DNA of 64,000 nucleotides from an uncultured Synergistota bacterium. GTDB lineage: Bacteria; Synergistota; JAGHAJ01. The stretch covers positions 125,196 through 189,195 of the forward strand of contig CAZLJD010000030.1 in assembly GCA_964559865.1 (NCBI GenBank), in the 5' to 3' direction. The stretch's first letter is position 1. The number at the start of each line of letters is the position of its first letter. Shown here piece after piece: positions 9,688 to 18,113 of the stretch. A model generated the notes under the pieces. The model was not told where the DNA came from, searched no databases, and worked only from the letters and a program-made list of their open reading frames with translations. Position numbers and translations under genes: made by a program.

Positions 9688-10804
9688 GCTTTTCATAGGA
9701 CCTCAACATGTTGGTATTACGGGAAACTTTATGGTTCACCTCACATTAGAAGGAGATACAGTAGTAAGTGCGGAGGCACACCCTGGTTATCTTCACCGAG
9801 GTTTCGAAAAACTCATGGAGAGAAGAGATTGGTCCATGAATGTTGCACTTATACCAAGGATATGTGTTCCGGAACCAGATGTCAATGAGGCTGCTTATGC
9901 GATGGCAGTTGAGAGCCTGATGGGGTGGGATATTCCAGAGAGGGCTAAATACATAAGGACAATAGTGCTTGAGCTTGCAAGGATATCTGCATATCTGCTT
10001 GCGATAGGTGGATATGCAGGCACGATAGGTTTGTATACTGCACCACAGTGGATGATGGGGGACAGAGATTACATTCTTGACCTGTTTGAGGAGCTGACTG
10101 GTGCACGAGTGTATCACATATTTATATTTCCTGGGGGTGTGAGGTGGGATATCCCAGATGGCTTCGAGGAACGGGTGAAGAAGGTCATGGACTATCTTGA
10201 AAGCAGACTCCAGCTCTATGATGAGCTACTCTTCAAAAACGAGGTGTTCTTCAGAAGGGCGCCTAATATAGGTGTTATTCCAAAGGATAAGGCTGTGGAA
10301 TGGGGGGTTACTGGGCCTAATCTTCGTGCATGTGGCTATGACTACGATGTCAGGAGGCTTGACCCGTACGCTGCTTACGAAGAGATGGATTTTGATGTGA
10401 TCTCCTACCCTGATAGTGTTAAGGGGTTTGATATCCTTTCTGATGGGTGTGACTGTTATGCAAGGATGGTTGTCAGAAGGGTAGAGTTGCAGGAGAGTAT
10501 AAAGATAATCCGACAGGCTGTGGATAATTTACCTCCGGGTGAAGTAACTCTAAAGAGACCCAATCCCCTTGCCTGGAAAGTACCAAAGGGATATGCGTAT
10601 GCGAGGGTTGAAAGTTCAAAGGGGGAATACGGGTACTTCGTGGTAAGTAACGGTGGTAAGAATCCGTATAGGGTGCATGTGAGGGGACCATCTTATACGC
10701 ACGGCATAAATGTCATTGAGACGATATTGAAAGGTTCAAACATAGCAGATGTTTCTCCCATAATGTTTAGCTTGGATATATGTCCACCTGACATAGAGAG
10801 GTGA
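9674..10804 (+). CDS. NuoD / [NiFe]-hydrogenase large-subunit homologue with incomplete metal-ligand motifs (MbxL/MbsL-type)
   Basis: Group-4 large-subunit-like protein; the N-terminal site reads RICVPE (Cys codon 9863-9865, Glu in place of the second Cys) and the C-terminal site reads DICPPDIER (Cys codon 10781-10783, Asp in place of the second Cys). Confidence 0.85.
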   Translation: MKEYELFIGPQHVGITGNFMVHLTLEGDTVVSAEAHPGYLHRGFEKLMERRDWSMNVALIPRICVPEPDVNEAAYAMAVESLMGWDIPERAKYIRTIVLELARISAYLLAIGGYAGTIGLYTAPQWMMGDRDYILDLFEELTGARVYHIFIFPGGVRWDIPDGFEERVKKVMDYLESRLQLYDELLFKNEVFFRRAPNIGVIPKDKAVEWGVTGPNLRACGYDYDVRRLDPYAAYEEMDFDVISYPDSVKGFDILSDGCDCYARMVVRRVELQESIKIIRQAVDNLPPGEVTLKRPNPLAWKVPKGYAYARVESSKGEYGYFVVSNGGKNPYRVHVRGPSYTHGINVIETILKGSNIADVSPIMFSLDICPPDIER

Positions 10805-10805
10805 T

Positions 10806-11267
10806 GTGATGAGTATAGTCAAGCCTTTTAAGGCGTTGCAGCACCTGTTTAAGAAACCACACACGGTTAGGATCCCTTATCAGGAGCATACAGACATAAC
10901 AGGTTTGCCTGTACCTACCGAGAGGTATAGAGGCTTTCACTCCAATGACATACAGAAGTGTATAGGGTGTCAGTTGTGCGGTAGGGTATGCCCTGCAAAT
11001 GCGATTACGTATGAAAAGTTCGAAAATGTGGAGAGCAAAATAAAGCTCAGACCGGTTGTGGACTATGGCCGGTGCTGTTACTGTGGTTTTTGCGTAGATG
11101 TGTGCCCTACAAAGTCTTTGAAACTTACACCCCGATACGAACTGGTATCTCCTAATATAAAGGACTTCAAGTTTATACCCACGGCTGAGATTGCGGGCAA
11201 GGATGATAAAGCAATCTCCATGTCGGAGGTGTTGTTCTCCCCGAAAGATTATAAACCTTCGGAATAG
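10806..11267 (+). CDS. NuoI-like 2x[4Fe-4S] ferredoxin subunit (MbxN-type)
   Basis: Two CxxCxxCxxxCP motifs (CIGCQLCGRVCP, CCYCGFCVDVCP). Confidence 0.85.
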   Translation: MMSIVKPFKALQHLFKKPHTVRIPYQEHTDITGLPVPTERYRGFHSNDIQKCIGCQLCGRVCPANAITYEKFENVESKIKLRPVVDYGRCCYCGFCVDVCPTKSLKLTPRYELVSPNIKDFKFIPTAEIAGKDDKAISMSEVLFSPKDYKPSE

Positions 11268-11305
11268 GCTTTTGTGCCGTTAAACTCTTATGGTAAAATA
11301 TTGGC

Positions 11306-14116
11306 ATGAGAAAGAGAATAGCTGTACTTGTTGTTTCCATGCTGGCTATTATGGTGTCTATTATCTACTTTGTGGATAGGTGGGTGCTCATAGATTACAT
11401 AAGCTCCCAGCTGTCTACCTCATTTCGTCAGAGGCTCTCCGGCATAAGACAGCTCGTGGATGGTGGGGTAACTGCGAGTAAGCTTGTTAGAGAGTACAGA
11501 GGATATGTCACCAATCTGGTATTGGAGGATGACCTTCAGAGGGTAAAGGCATTCTTGCAGATGTGTGATTCGTGGTCGAAGGCAGGTATACTGAGTGAGG
11601 ATGATGCAAAAAGGCTTGCGCTGAGCTACTTAAAGTCGGTTGGTGCCTATGTGTTGAACTCTTCGGGTAAAGCGCTCGTTTTCCCTGTCTACATTGAGAA
11701 GTTTTCCAAGAGTTCCGGAAGGCATGTGGGTTGGAGGAGGTTTGCTCCCTGGGGCTGGAAGATAGGAATGGTAATGAGTGAGAGGGATATCTTTGGTGTG
11801 CAGTATGGAGGCTTTGAGAAGCGGATAAAGAGTGCTGTCTTGAAGAGGATTAGTTACATGCCCTCTAATGGATCTTATGTGGTGGTATACAACAGGCGTG
11901 GCAGGATCATATCCTATCCTCACAGAAAGGTTTCTGCGGATGACCTACCAAGTTCTCCTTATGTGAAGAAGGTGTTTTCGCTTAAGAGTGGTAGTTTTAC
12001 CTATTCTTTTAACGGTAAGAGAAAAGAGAGGGTGTTCTCTTATGTGCCACTTATTGGGTGGTACATAGTCTTTACTGCTTACCCTGATGAGATGTGTTAT
12101 CCGATGCTTGTGAATATGCTGAAAGGGGAACTACCGACTGTTGTGGTTATATTGGTGTTATTAGGAGCCCTTGGGTTGTACGCGTGGAACAAATGTGTGC
12201 TCCTTCCACTTACGCAGGTAACGACAGGATTTGAGGAGCTTGGCAAGGGAAACTACAACTACAAGTTAGACCCCGATACCATAAGATACCCTTATATGAA
12301 AAGCCTTTTTAAGGACTTTAACTATATGATAGAAAAGCTCAAAGAGGGAGAAGAGGAACTCGTCAGGGCTTACAGGAAGTTAGAGGTGCTCAATGCAAGT
12401 ATATCACGCAGATATGAGGACCTCCAAAGGGAGCTTGAAAGGTTAAGGGTTTTGGACGCAATAATATCTGCCACGATCGGACTTGTGGATCACAAGGAGA
12501 TAGCTGCCCGTGTTGTAGATACGCTGGCTTCTACTGGGAGGTATAGTGATATAGGTATCCTGCTGAAGGAGGGAGATCTCCTTAAACGACTTGCGCATCA
12601 CGGTATAGTGTGGAGTAAGTTTGAGCAGTTTCCCATTAATAGTGGAGTGACCGGATGGGCGGTTAGGGATAAGGAGATAAAAAATGTTCCCAATGTTTTG
12701 GCTGAGAGTCACTATGTTGAAGGGAATGCCGCTGTCCGTTCTGAGCTTGCGTGTCCTATAGTCCTTGGTACAGATGTCGTGGGTGTGGTGGATGTGGAGA
12801 GTATGGAACCCTCTTACTTCGTTAGGGATGATGAGCTTATGCTTAGGATGGTGAGTGACTACCTTGCGATGGTCTTCCGGAGGGCTGACTCTGTGAAGTT
12901 GCTTCAGAGAAGACTTAAAGATATGGGCTTTTTACTGCGTCTGCTTAGGAGCGTCTCTAAGACGGAGCACATAGGTGAGCTGTCGAAACAGGTATGCGAG
13001 ATGGTGCAGGAGTATGGTGATTACAATAATGTGACGATGTACATTAGGGACGGGAATTTGCTGGTTTTAACCTATATTGCCGGTTTGCCCATACCTGAAG
13101 ATGTGTATAAGGTAGATTGGGGGATAATCAGTATCTATGGGAAAGGGATATCTGCCAGGGCGGCAAGGACTGCGGAGATGCAGAATGTTCCGAACTGCCT
13201 TGAGGACCCTGATTATCTGGTGGGGGATCGCACCACCAAGAGTGAGCTTGCCGTTCCAGTAAAAGTGGGAAATGAGGTTTTTGCGGTATTGGACTTAGAG
13301 TCAAACGAGTTCAATGCGTTTGGTAAGGAGGATGAGAGGCTGCTTTACCTGATTGCTGAGAACCTTGGGGCAATAATTCGGAGGGTGGAACTGGTGGAGG
13401 GGCTTGAAAGCACCGTTAAGGCACTGGAGGAGAGGAATAAGGAGCTCACACTCAAAGATGAGGAGCTGGAAGTTTCTGTTGAACAGCTTAGGGCCTATAC
13501 TCGGGAGCTTGAGAGCGTTCATCGTGATATGGTACAAAAGGAGACGGAACTTGAGGAAGCGTACTTGGATACCATAAAGGCTCTGGCAAGGGCTATAGAG
13601 ATGAAGGATCCATATGCGAGGGGACACACTACGAAGGTGGCAAGCTATGCGTTGAAGGTGGGGGAGGCTCTAGGACTAAGTGAAGAGGATATGAGGAATC
13701 TCTTGTATGCAGCGATCCTTCACGATATAGGCAGGATAGGACTTAAAGGGGCTGTTCTCGACAAACCTCATGAACTCACAGAAAAGGAAATAGAGTATAT
13801 AAAGGGGTATCCTGCAAGAGGTGCAAGTGTGCTAATGCAGATAGACTACCTTAGAGATGTGGCAAATGTGGTTTTGCACCACCAGGAGAGATGGGATGGT
13901 AGTGGCTATCCTGCAGGTTTAAAGGGAGAAGAGATACCGCTTTTGAGTAGGATTATAGCAGTCGTTGATGCCTATGATGCCATGATCTCTGATAGACCTT
14001 ACAGAAAGGCACTCTCAAAGGAAGAGGCGTTGAGGAGGATAAAGGAGTCTGCGGGGACGCAGTTTGACCCGAGGATTGTGGATGTCTTTTTGAAAGTTGT
14101 AGGGGAAGAGGAGTAA
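11306..14116 (+). CDS. membrane sensor with periplasmic domain, two GAF domains and C-terminal HD-GYP c-di-GMP phosphodiesterase domain
   Basis: Two TM segments flanking a ~250-aa extracytoplasmic region, coiled coils, GAF-like regions, then HD-GYP (LHDIGRIG ... HHQERWDGSGYPAGL). Confidence 0.85.
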   Translation: MRKRIAVLVVSMLAIMVSIIYFVDRWVLIDYISSQLSTSFRQRLSGIRQLVDGGVTASKLVREYRGYVTNLVLEDDLQRVKAFLQMCDSWSKAGILSEDDAKRLALSYLKSVGAYVLNSSGKALVFPVYIEKFSKSSGRHVGWRRFAPWGWKIGMVMSERDIFGVQYGGFEKRIKSAVLKRISYMPSNGSYVVVYNRRGRIISYPHRKVSADDLPSSPYVKKVFSLKSGSFTYSFNGKRKERVFSYVPLIGWYIVFTAYPDEMCYPMLVNMLKGELPTVVVILVLLGALGLYAWNKCVLLPLTQVTTGFEELGKGNYNYKLDPDTIRYPYMKSLFKDFNYMIEKLKEGEEELVRAYRKLEVLNASISRRYEDLQRELERLRVLDAIISATIGLVDHKEIAARVVDTLASTGRYSDIGILLKEGDLLKRLAHHGIVWSKFEQFPINSGVTGWAVRDKEIKNVPNVLAESHYVEGNAAVRSELACPIVLGTDVVGVVDVESMEPSYFVRDDELMLRMVSDYLAMVFRRADSVKLLQRRLKDMGFLLRLLRSVSKTEHIGELSKQVCEMVQEYGDYNNVTMYIRDGNLLVLTYIAGLPIPEDVYKVDWGIISIYGKGISARAARTAEMQNVPNCLEDPDYLVGDRTTKSELAVPVKVGNEVFAVLDLESNEFNAFGKEDERLLYLIAENLGAIIRRVELVEGLESTVKALEERNKELTLKDEELEVSVEQLRAYTRELESVHRDMVQKETELEEAYLDTIKALARAIEMKDPYARGHTTKVASYALKVGEALGLSEEDMRNLLYAAILHDIGRIGLKGAVLDKPHELTEKEIEYIKGYPARGASVLMQIDYLRDVANVVLHHQERWDGSGYPAGLKGEEIPLLSRIIAVVDAYDAMISDRPYRKALSKEEALRRIKESAGTQFDPRIVDVFLKVVGEEE

Positions 14117-14140
14117 GTAGATGTCGGCAAAAATCCTTGG

Positions 14141-14169
14141 TTGACAATGTGATATTTTTGATGTATTAT
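14141..14169 (+). promoter_or_regulatory. sigma70-like promoter (TTGACA, 17-nt spacer, TATTAT) upstream of tRNA-Lys / trp leader / trpB2
   Basis: TTGACA 14141-14146 and TATTAT 14164-14169 read directly; tRNA starts 13 nt downstream. Confidence 0.55.
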
Positions 14170-14181
14170 ACAGTCGCAGGT

Positions 14182-14257
14182 GGGCCGTTAGCTCAGGAGG
14201 TAGAGCACCGGACTTTTAATCCGGGTGTCGCAGGTTCGAATCCTGCACGGCTCACCA
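14182..14257 (+). tRNA. tRNA-Lys (anticodon TTT)
   Basis: 76-nt cloverleaf folded by hand: acceptor GGGCCGT/ACGGCTC, anticodon stem CCGGA/TCCGG with loop CTTTTAA, T-arm GCAGG-TTCGAAT-CCTGC, encoded CCA. Confidence 0.9.
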
Positions 14258-14282
14258 CTCTTAGATTAGAGGAGGAAGAGAA

Positions 14283-14354
14283 ATGATAAGGCAGAGATGT
14301 TGTTTTCTGTTTGGGATGTTTTGGTGGTGCAGCCAGCATGCTGGCTGCACATGA
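14283..14354 (+). CDS. putative trp leader peptide (23 aa, MIRQRCCFLFGMFWWCSQHAGCT) with tandem Trp codons
   Basis: ATG 14283 preceded by AGAGGAGG; TGG TGG at 14322-14327; stop TGA 14352-14354; sits between tRNA-Lys and a terminator directly upstream of trpB2. Confidence 0.5.
   Translation: MIRQRCCFLFGMFWWCSQHAGCT
14327..14350. repeat. perfect 24-bp palindrome gtgcagccagcatgctggctgcac overlapping the leader Trp codons (candidate pause/anti-antiterminator hairpin)
   Basis: Reverse complement identical to itself; begins at the second base of the second Trp codon. Confidence 0.85.
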
Positions 14355-14392
14355 GGGATAGATAATCCATCTGTAGTGTAGGTAGTCGGCAT

Positions 14393-14430
14393 GCCGGAAT
14401 CCGTAAGTGGGTTCCGGCATTTTTGTTTCT
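14393..14430 (+). terminator. intrinsic terminator / attenuator hairpin followed by a U-tract, immediately upstream of trpB2
   Basis: 10-bp stem gccggaatcc / gggttccggc with 6-nt loop, followed by ATTTTTGTTTCTT; its 5' arm lies in a self-complementary cggcatgccg that can alternatively pair with the palindrome centre (gcatgc). Confidence 0.6.
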
Positions 14431-14458
14431 TACGATAGATTTCGGGAGGTGTAAACTT

Positions 14459-15730
14459 ATGGAGAGAAGGATACATTTGAGTGATAAAGATATGCCTAAG
14501 TTTTGGTACAATGCAAAGGCAGACCTACCGTTTGAGCTCGATCCACCATTGGACCCTGAAACAAAGGAGCCTATGGATCCGGCTAAGCTGGAGGCTATAT
14601 TCCCTAAAAATCTTATAGAGCAAGAGCTTTCTATGGAGCGGGAGATACCCATACCGGAGGAGGTAAGAGAGGCATACAGGGTTTACCGTCCGACCCCTTT
14701 GGTGCGTGCCATTGGCCTTGAGAGGGCTTTGGGTACACCTGCACACATATACTACAAGAATGAGTCCCTCAGCCCCACTGGGAGCCACAAGCTCAATACG
14801 GCGATCGCACAGGCGTATTTTAACAAGGTAGAGGGGATAAAGAAGCTCTCTACGGAAACTGGTGCAGGTCAGTGGGGAAGTGCGTTGGCGTATGCCACAA
14901 GGTTGCTCGGAATGGATGTGATGATATTTATGGTAAAGGTGAGTTTCGAACAGAAGCCGTTGAGGAAGTACATGGTAAACTTCTTTGACGGTACTATTTA
15001 CCCGAGCCCGAGCACGCTTACGGAGAAGGGAAAGTACTTTTTGGACAAGGATCCGGAGACTACGGGTAGCCTTGGTATGGCTATAAGTGAGGCCGTAGAG
15101 TTTGCCTTTAAGAATAATGGCGTTAAGTATTCCCTTGGGAGTGTGCTTGATCATGTCTTGCTGCACCAGACCGTCATAGGTTTGGAAACCAGGAAGCAAT
15201 TTGAGATTGTTGGGGAGAGCCCTGATGTGCTTATAGGTTGTTTTGGTGGCGGCTCCAACTTCGGTGGGTTTGTGCTCCCCTTTTTACCAGAGAGGTTGAA
15301 AGGTAGTGCACCGGAGATGATTGCCTGCGAACCCGTTGCTTGCCCTTCACTGACGAAGGGGGAATACCGATACGATTACGGCGATTCAGCAGGGTTGACC
15401 CCATTGCTTAAGATGTACACTCTTGGTAAGGACTTCGTTCCGCCCCCGATCCATGCAGGTGGTCTTAGATACCATGGGGCTGCGCCTTTGATAAGTAGGC
15501 TTGTCAAAGAGGGTATTATAGGTGCTGTGGCTATCTCGCAGGAAGAAGCATTCCAGGCGGCAAAGCTCTTTGGTCGTGTAGAGGGGATAATCCCTGCACC
15601 TGAAACGAGCCATGCAATAGCCTGTGCAATAAGGTATGCAAAGTTGGCAAAAGAAACCGGCGAAAAGAAAGTTATAGCGTTTAACTTCAGTGGCCACGGC
15701 TTGCTTGACCTGACAGCCTATATTAGGTAA
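14459..15730 (+). CDS. trpB: tryptophan synthase beta chain-like PLP enzyme (TrpB2 type)
   Basis: [23 protein letters not shown]-terminus and PLP-enzyme blocks ([25 protein letters not shown]); ATG 14459 preceded by GGGAGGTG (track ORF starts earlier at 14423). Confidence 0.85.
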   Translation: MERRIHLSDKDMPKFWYNAKADLPFELDPPLDPETKEPMDPAKLEAIFPKNLIEQELSMEREIPIPEEVREAYRVYRPTPLVRAIGLERALGTPAHIYYKNESLSPTGSHKLNTAIAQAYFNKVEGIKKLSTETGAGQWGSALAYATRLLGMDVMIFMVKVSFEQKPLRKYMVNFFDGTIYPSPSTLTEKGKYFLDKDPETTGSLGMAISEAVEFAFKNNGVKYSLGSVLDHVLLHQTVIGLETRKQFEIVGESPDVLIGCFGGGSNFGGFVLPFLPERLKGSAPEMIACEPVACPSLTKGEYRYDYGDSAGLTPLLKMYTLGKDFVPPPIHAGGLRYHGAAPLISRLVKEGIIGAVAISQEEAFQAAKLFGRVEGIIPAPETSHAIACAIRYAKLAKETGEKKVIAFNFSGHGLLDLTAYIR

Positions 15731-15742
15731 CCTGATTTCAAG

Positions 15743-15772
15743 GAGGGAGAGATAGCTAATGATCTCTCCCTC
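15743..15772 (+). terminator. possible terminator hairpin after trpB2 (11-bp stem, weak U-tract)
   Basis: gagggagagat / atctctccctc inverted repeat, 8-nt loop; downstream T-run is weak. Confidence 0.35.
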
Positions 15773-15888
15773 TATCGTGCGCTGTTTGAGATACTAACAG
15801 TATGAAAAATACCCTTCCAAAGTGTAACGGAATAGTATAAAATATTGCATATTGATAATTAGGGATAGATGGGGGATGTTCTTCGGTT

Positions 15889-16968
15889 TTGAGGTACACT
15901 TTCCGATCACCTGGTAGAATCAACCTTATAGGGGAACACACTGACTACAATGGGGGGTATGTCTTTCCCGCAGCAATAGATAGATATACATACCTAACAT
16001 TTGAGGATTCGGACAAATTTGAAGTCTATGCCAAGCACTTTGACCAGAGGGTAGGGTTTTCTCTGGATGAGAGTGGAGTGGAAGTGGAGTGGGTGAACTA
16101 TGTAAAGGGTGCGGTATTGTATGTGGCTCGTGCTATGGGGAGGGAGATAGAGCCGTTGAGCATTACTATAGATGGTGACCTTCCTCTGGGTGCAGGACTT
16201 TCCAGTTCAGCCTCTCTGCTGGTAGGTGTGATGTACGGTGTGTCTGTAGTTAGGGGTGCGGGTTTATCCAGAAGGGAGATTGCCAAGCTTGCCCATGAGG
16301 TCGAGAACGATTTTGTGGGTGTAAACTGCGGTGTGATGGATCAGCTCGCCGTGGCGATGGGAAAGAAAGATGCATTCATGTTAATTGATACTCTTCGTGG
16401 ATCTATAGAGTACATAAAGACTGACCACTTTCCTGTGATTACAGTAGTGGACTCGGGAGTGAGGCACAGGCTGCTTTCTGGCGGCTACAACGATAGAAGA
16501 TTTGAGTGTAAGGAAGCAGAGAGGATAGTTGGGGTTCCTTTTAGGGAGATGACTCTGGAGATTATTGGTGCCAAAAGGGGGGGGTTGGGAGAGGTTCTTT
16601 ATAGGCGTGCGAGACATGTGATTGAGGAGAACGAGAGGGTGCTTCGGGCAGTTGAGACTATTAGGGCACGTAACTGGAGAGAACTGGGGAGCCTGCTTTA
16701 TGCTTCTCACGACAGCTTGAAGAACCTTTTTGAGGTTTCAATCCCGGAGATCGACTATATAGTGGATTTGCTCAAGTGTATAGAGCATGTTTACGGTGCA
16801 AGAATAATGGGAGGAGGATTTGGGGGTAGTGTGCTTGTGATCTCTGAGAAGGTTTTGGATGAGGAACTGGTGTGGCTAAAAGGCAAATATATGGATAGGT
16901 TTGGCATAGAATTGCACGGCTACTCGGTTGGCATATCCGATGGAGTCAAAGAGATCAAGCAGATATAA
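15889..16968 (+). CDS. galK: galactokinase (GHMP kinase)
   Basis: PGRINLIGEHTDYNGG signature near N-terminus and GHMP kinase motif PLGAGLSSSASL; TTG start. Confidence 0.9.
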   Translation: MRYTFRSPGRINLIGEHTDYNGGYVFPAAIDRYTYLTFEDSDKFEVYAKHFDQRVGFSLDESGVEVEWVNYVKGAVLYVARAMGREIEPLSITIDGDLPLGAGLSSSASLLVGVMYGVSVVRGAGLSRREIAKLAHEVENDFVGVNCGVMDQLAVAMGKKDAFMLIDTLRGSIEYIKTDHFPVITVVDSGVRHRLLSGGYNDRRFECKEAERIVGVPFREMTLEIIGAKRGGLGEVLYRRARHVIEENERVLRAVETIRARNWRELGSLLYASHDSLKNLFEVSIPEIDYIVDLLKCIEHVYGARIMGGGFGGSVLVISEKVLDEELVWLKGKYMDRFGIELHGYSVGISDGVKEIKQI

Positions 16969-16985
16969 ATAAGGGGTGACGGAAG

Positions 16986-18113
16986 TTGGCAGATATCAGG
17001 TTAGAGGAGATATGGAAGATATTTGGTAAGGTTGAAGCGGTGAAGGATATGAATATTCAGGTGAGAGATGGAGAGTTTATGATCCTTCTTGGTCCGAGTG
17101 GATGTGGAAAGACAACAACTTTGAGGATGGTAGCAGGCTTGGAAGAGCCTTCGAAGGGTAGAATACTTATAGGGGATAAGGTTGTTGCTGAACCGGAAAG
17201 AGGTGTCTTTGTTGCACCGAAGGATAGAGACATAGCCATGGTATTTCAGAGTTATGCCCTTTATCCACATATGACGGTTTACGAAAACATGGCGTTTCCT
17301 TTAAAGTTGAGGAAGATCAACAAGCGAGAGATAGATAGCAGGGTAAAAGAGGTTGCTGACCTTTTGGGATTGGAGAAACTCCTTGATAGGAAGCCGAGGG
17401 AGCTTAGCGGTGGGCAGAGACAGAGGGTTGCGTTGGGTAGAGCCATAATCAGGAAACCGCAGGTCTTTTTGATGGACGAGCCACTGTCTAACCTTGATGC
17501 AAAGCTCAGGGTCAGGATGAGGGCGGAGCTTAAAAGACTACAGAGGCAGCTGGGGGTCACTACCGTTTATGTTACCCATGATCAGGTGGAAGCTATGACC
17601 ATGGGGGATCGGGTTGCGATAATAAACAACGGTGTGCTGCAGCAGGTAGGCTCTCCCGATGAGGTTTACAATAGCCCTGCCAACATGTTCGTTGCCGGTT
17701 TTATTGGTTCTCCTGCGATGAACTTTGCAGATGCTACTGTAGCTGCTGAGGATGGAGGGCTCTGGATTACTTTTAGTGGTGTGAAGTTGAAGCTCTTGCC
17801 AGAACACCAGAAGATGCTGGAAGACGGAGGGTATGTTGGTAAGGATGTAGTTTTTGGTATAAGACCTGAAGACCTGTACGATGCAGTATTTGCACAGGTA
17901 AAGGTACCCGGTGAGAATATGGCGAAGGCCAAGGTAGACATCGTAGAAAACCTCGGCAACTCGAAGATAGTTTATTTCAGTATGGACAGTATCTCGTTTG
18001 CCGGTGCCTTTCATGCAGAATCACAGGTCACAGAAGGCCAGCAGATAGATGTTGTATTTGATATGAAAAAGGCACATGTCTTTGATAAAGATACTCAGAA
18101 AGCTGTATTCTAA
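16986..18113 (+). CDS. sugar ABC transporter ATP-binding protein (MalK/MsmK-like)
   Basis: Walker A GPSGCGKTT, signature LSGGQRQR, Walker B LLMDEPLSNLD, plus C-terminal regulatory domain; TTG start. Confidence 0.9.
   Translation: MADIRLEEIWKIFGKVEAVKDMNIQVRDGEFMILLGPSGCGKTTTLRMVAGLEEPSKGRILIGDKVVAEPERGVFVAPKDRDIAMVFQSYALYPHMTVYENMAFPLKLRKINKREIDSRVKEVADLLGLEKLLDRKPRELSGGQRQRVALGRAIIRKPQVFLMDEPLSNLDAKLRVRMRAELKRLQRQLGVTTVYVTHDQVEAMTMGDRVAIINNGVLQQVGSPDEVYNSPANMFVAGFIGSPAMNFADATVAAEDGGLWITFSGVKLKLLPEHQKMLEDGGYVGKDVVFGIRPEDLYDAVFAQVKVPGENMAKAKVDIVENLGNSKIVYFSMDSISFAGAFHAESQVTEGQQIDVVFDMKKAHVFDKDTQKAVF

Noticed and set aside
9674-10804. Calling this gene a bona fide [NiFe] hydrogenase large subunit
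   Set aside because: Both ligand motifs carry only one Cys each (CxxE, CxxD), so a hydrogenase call is not supported by the sequence.
14258-14458. T-box riboswitch upstream of trpB2
   Set aside because: A GGTGGTGCAGC stretch weakly resembles the T-box core, but the leader is only ~200 nt, no specifier-loop architecture is evident, and the stretch coincides with in-frame tandem Trp codons of an SD-preceded ORF; leader-peptide attenuation explains the features better.
14182-14460. Integrated element at the tRNA-Lys 3' end
   Set aside because: No integrase, recombinase or duplicated tRNA 3' segment was seen; the downstream sequence is explained as a regulatory leader.
14525-15199. 224-aa minus-strand ORF
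   Set aside because: Antisense to trpB2; no motifs.
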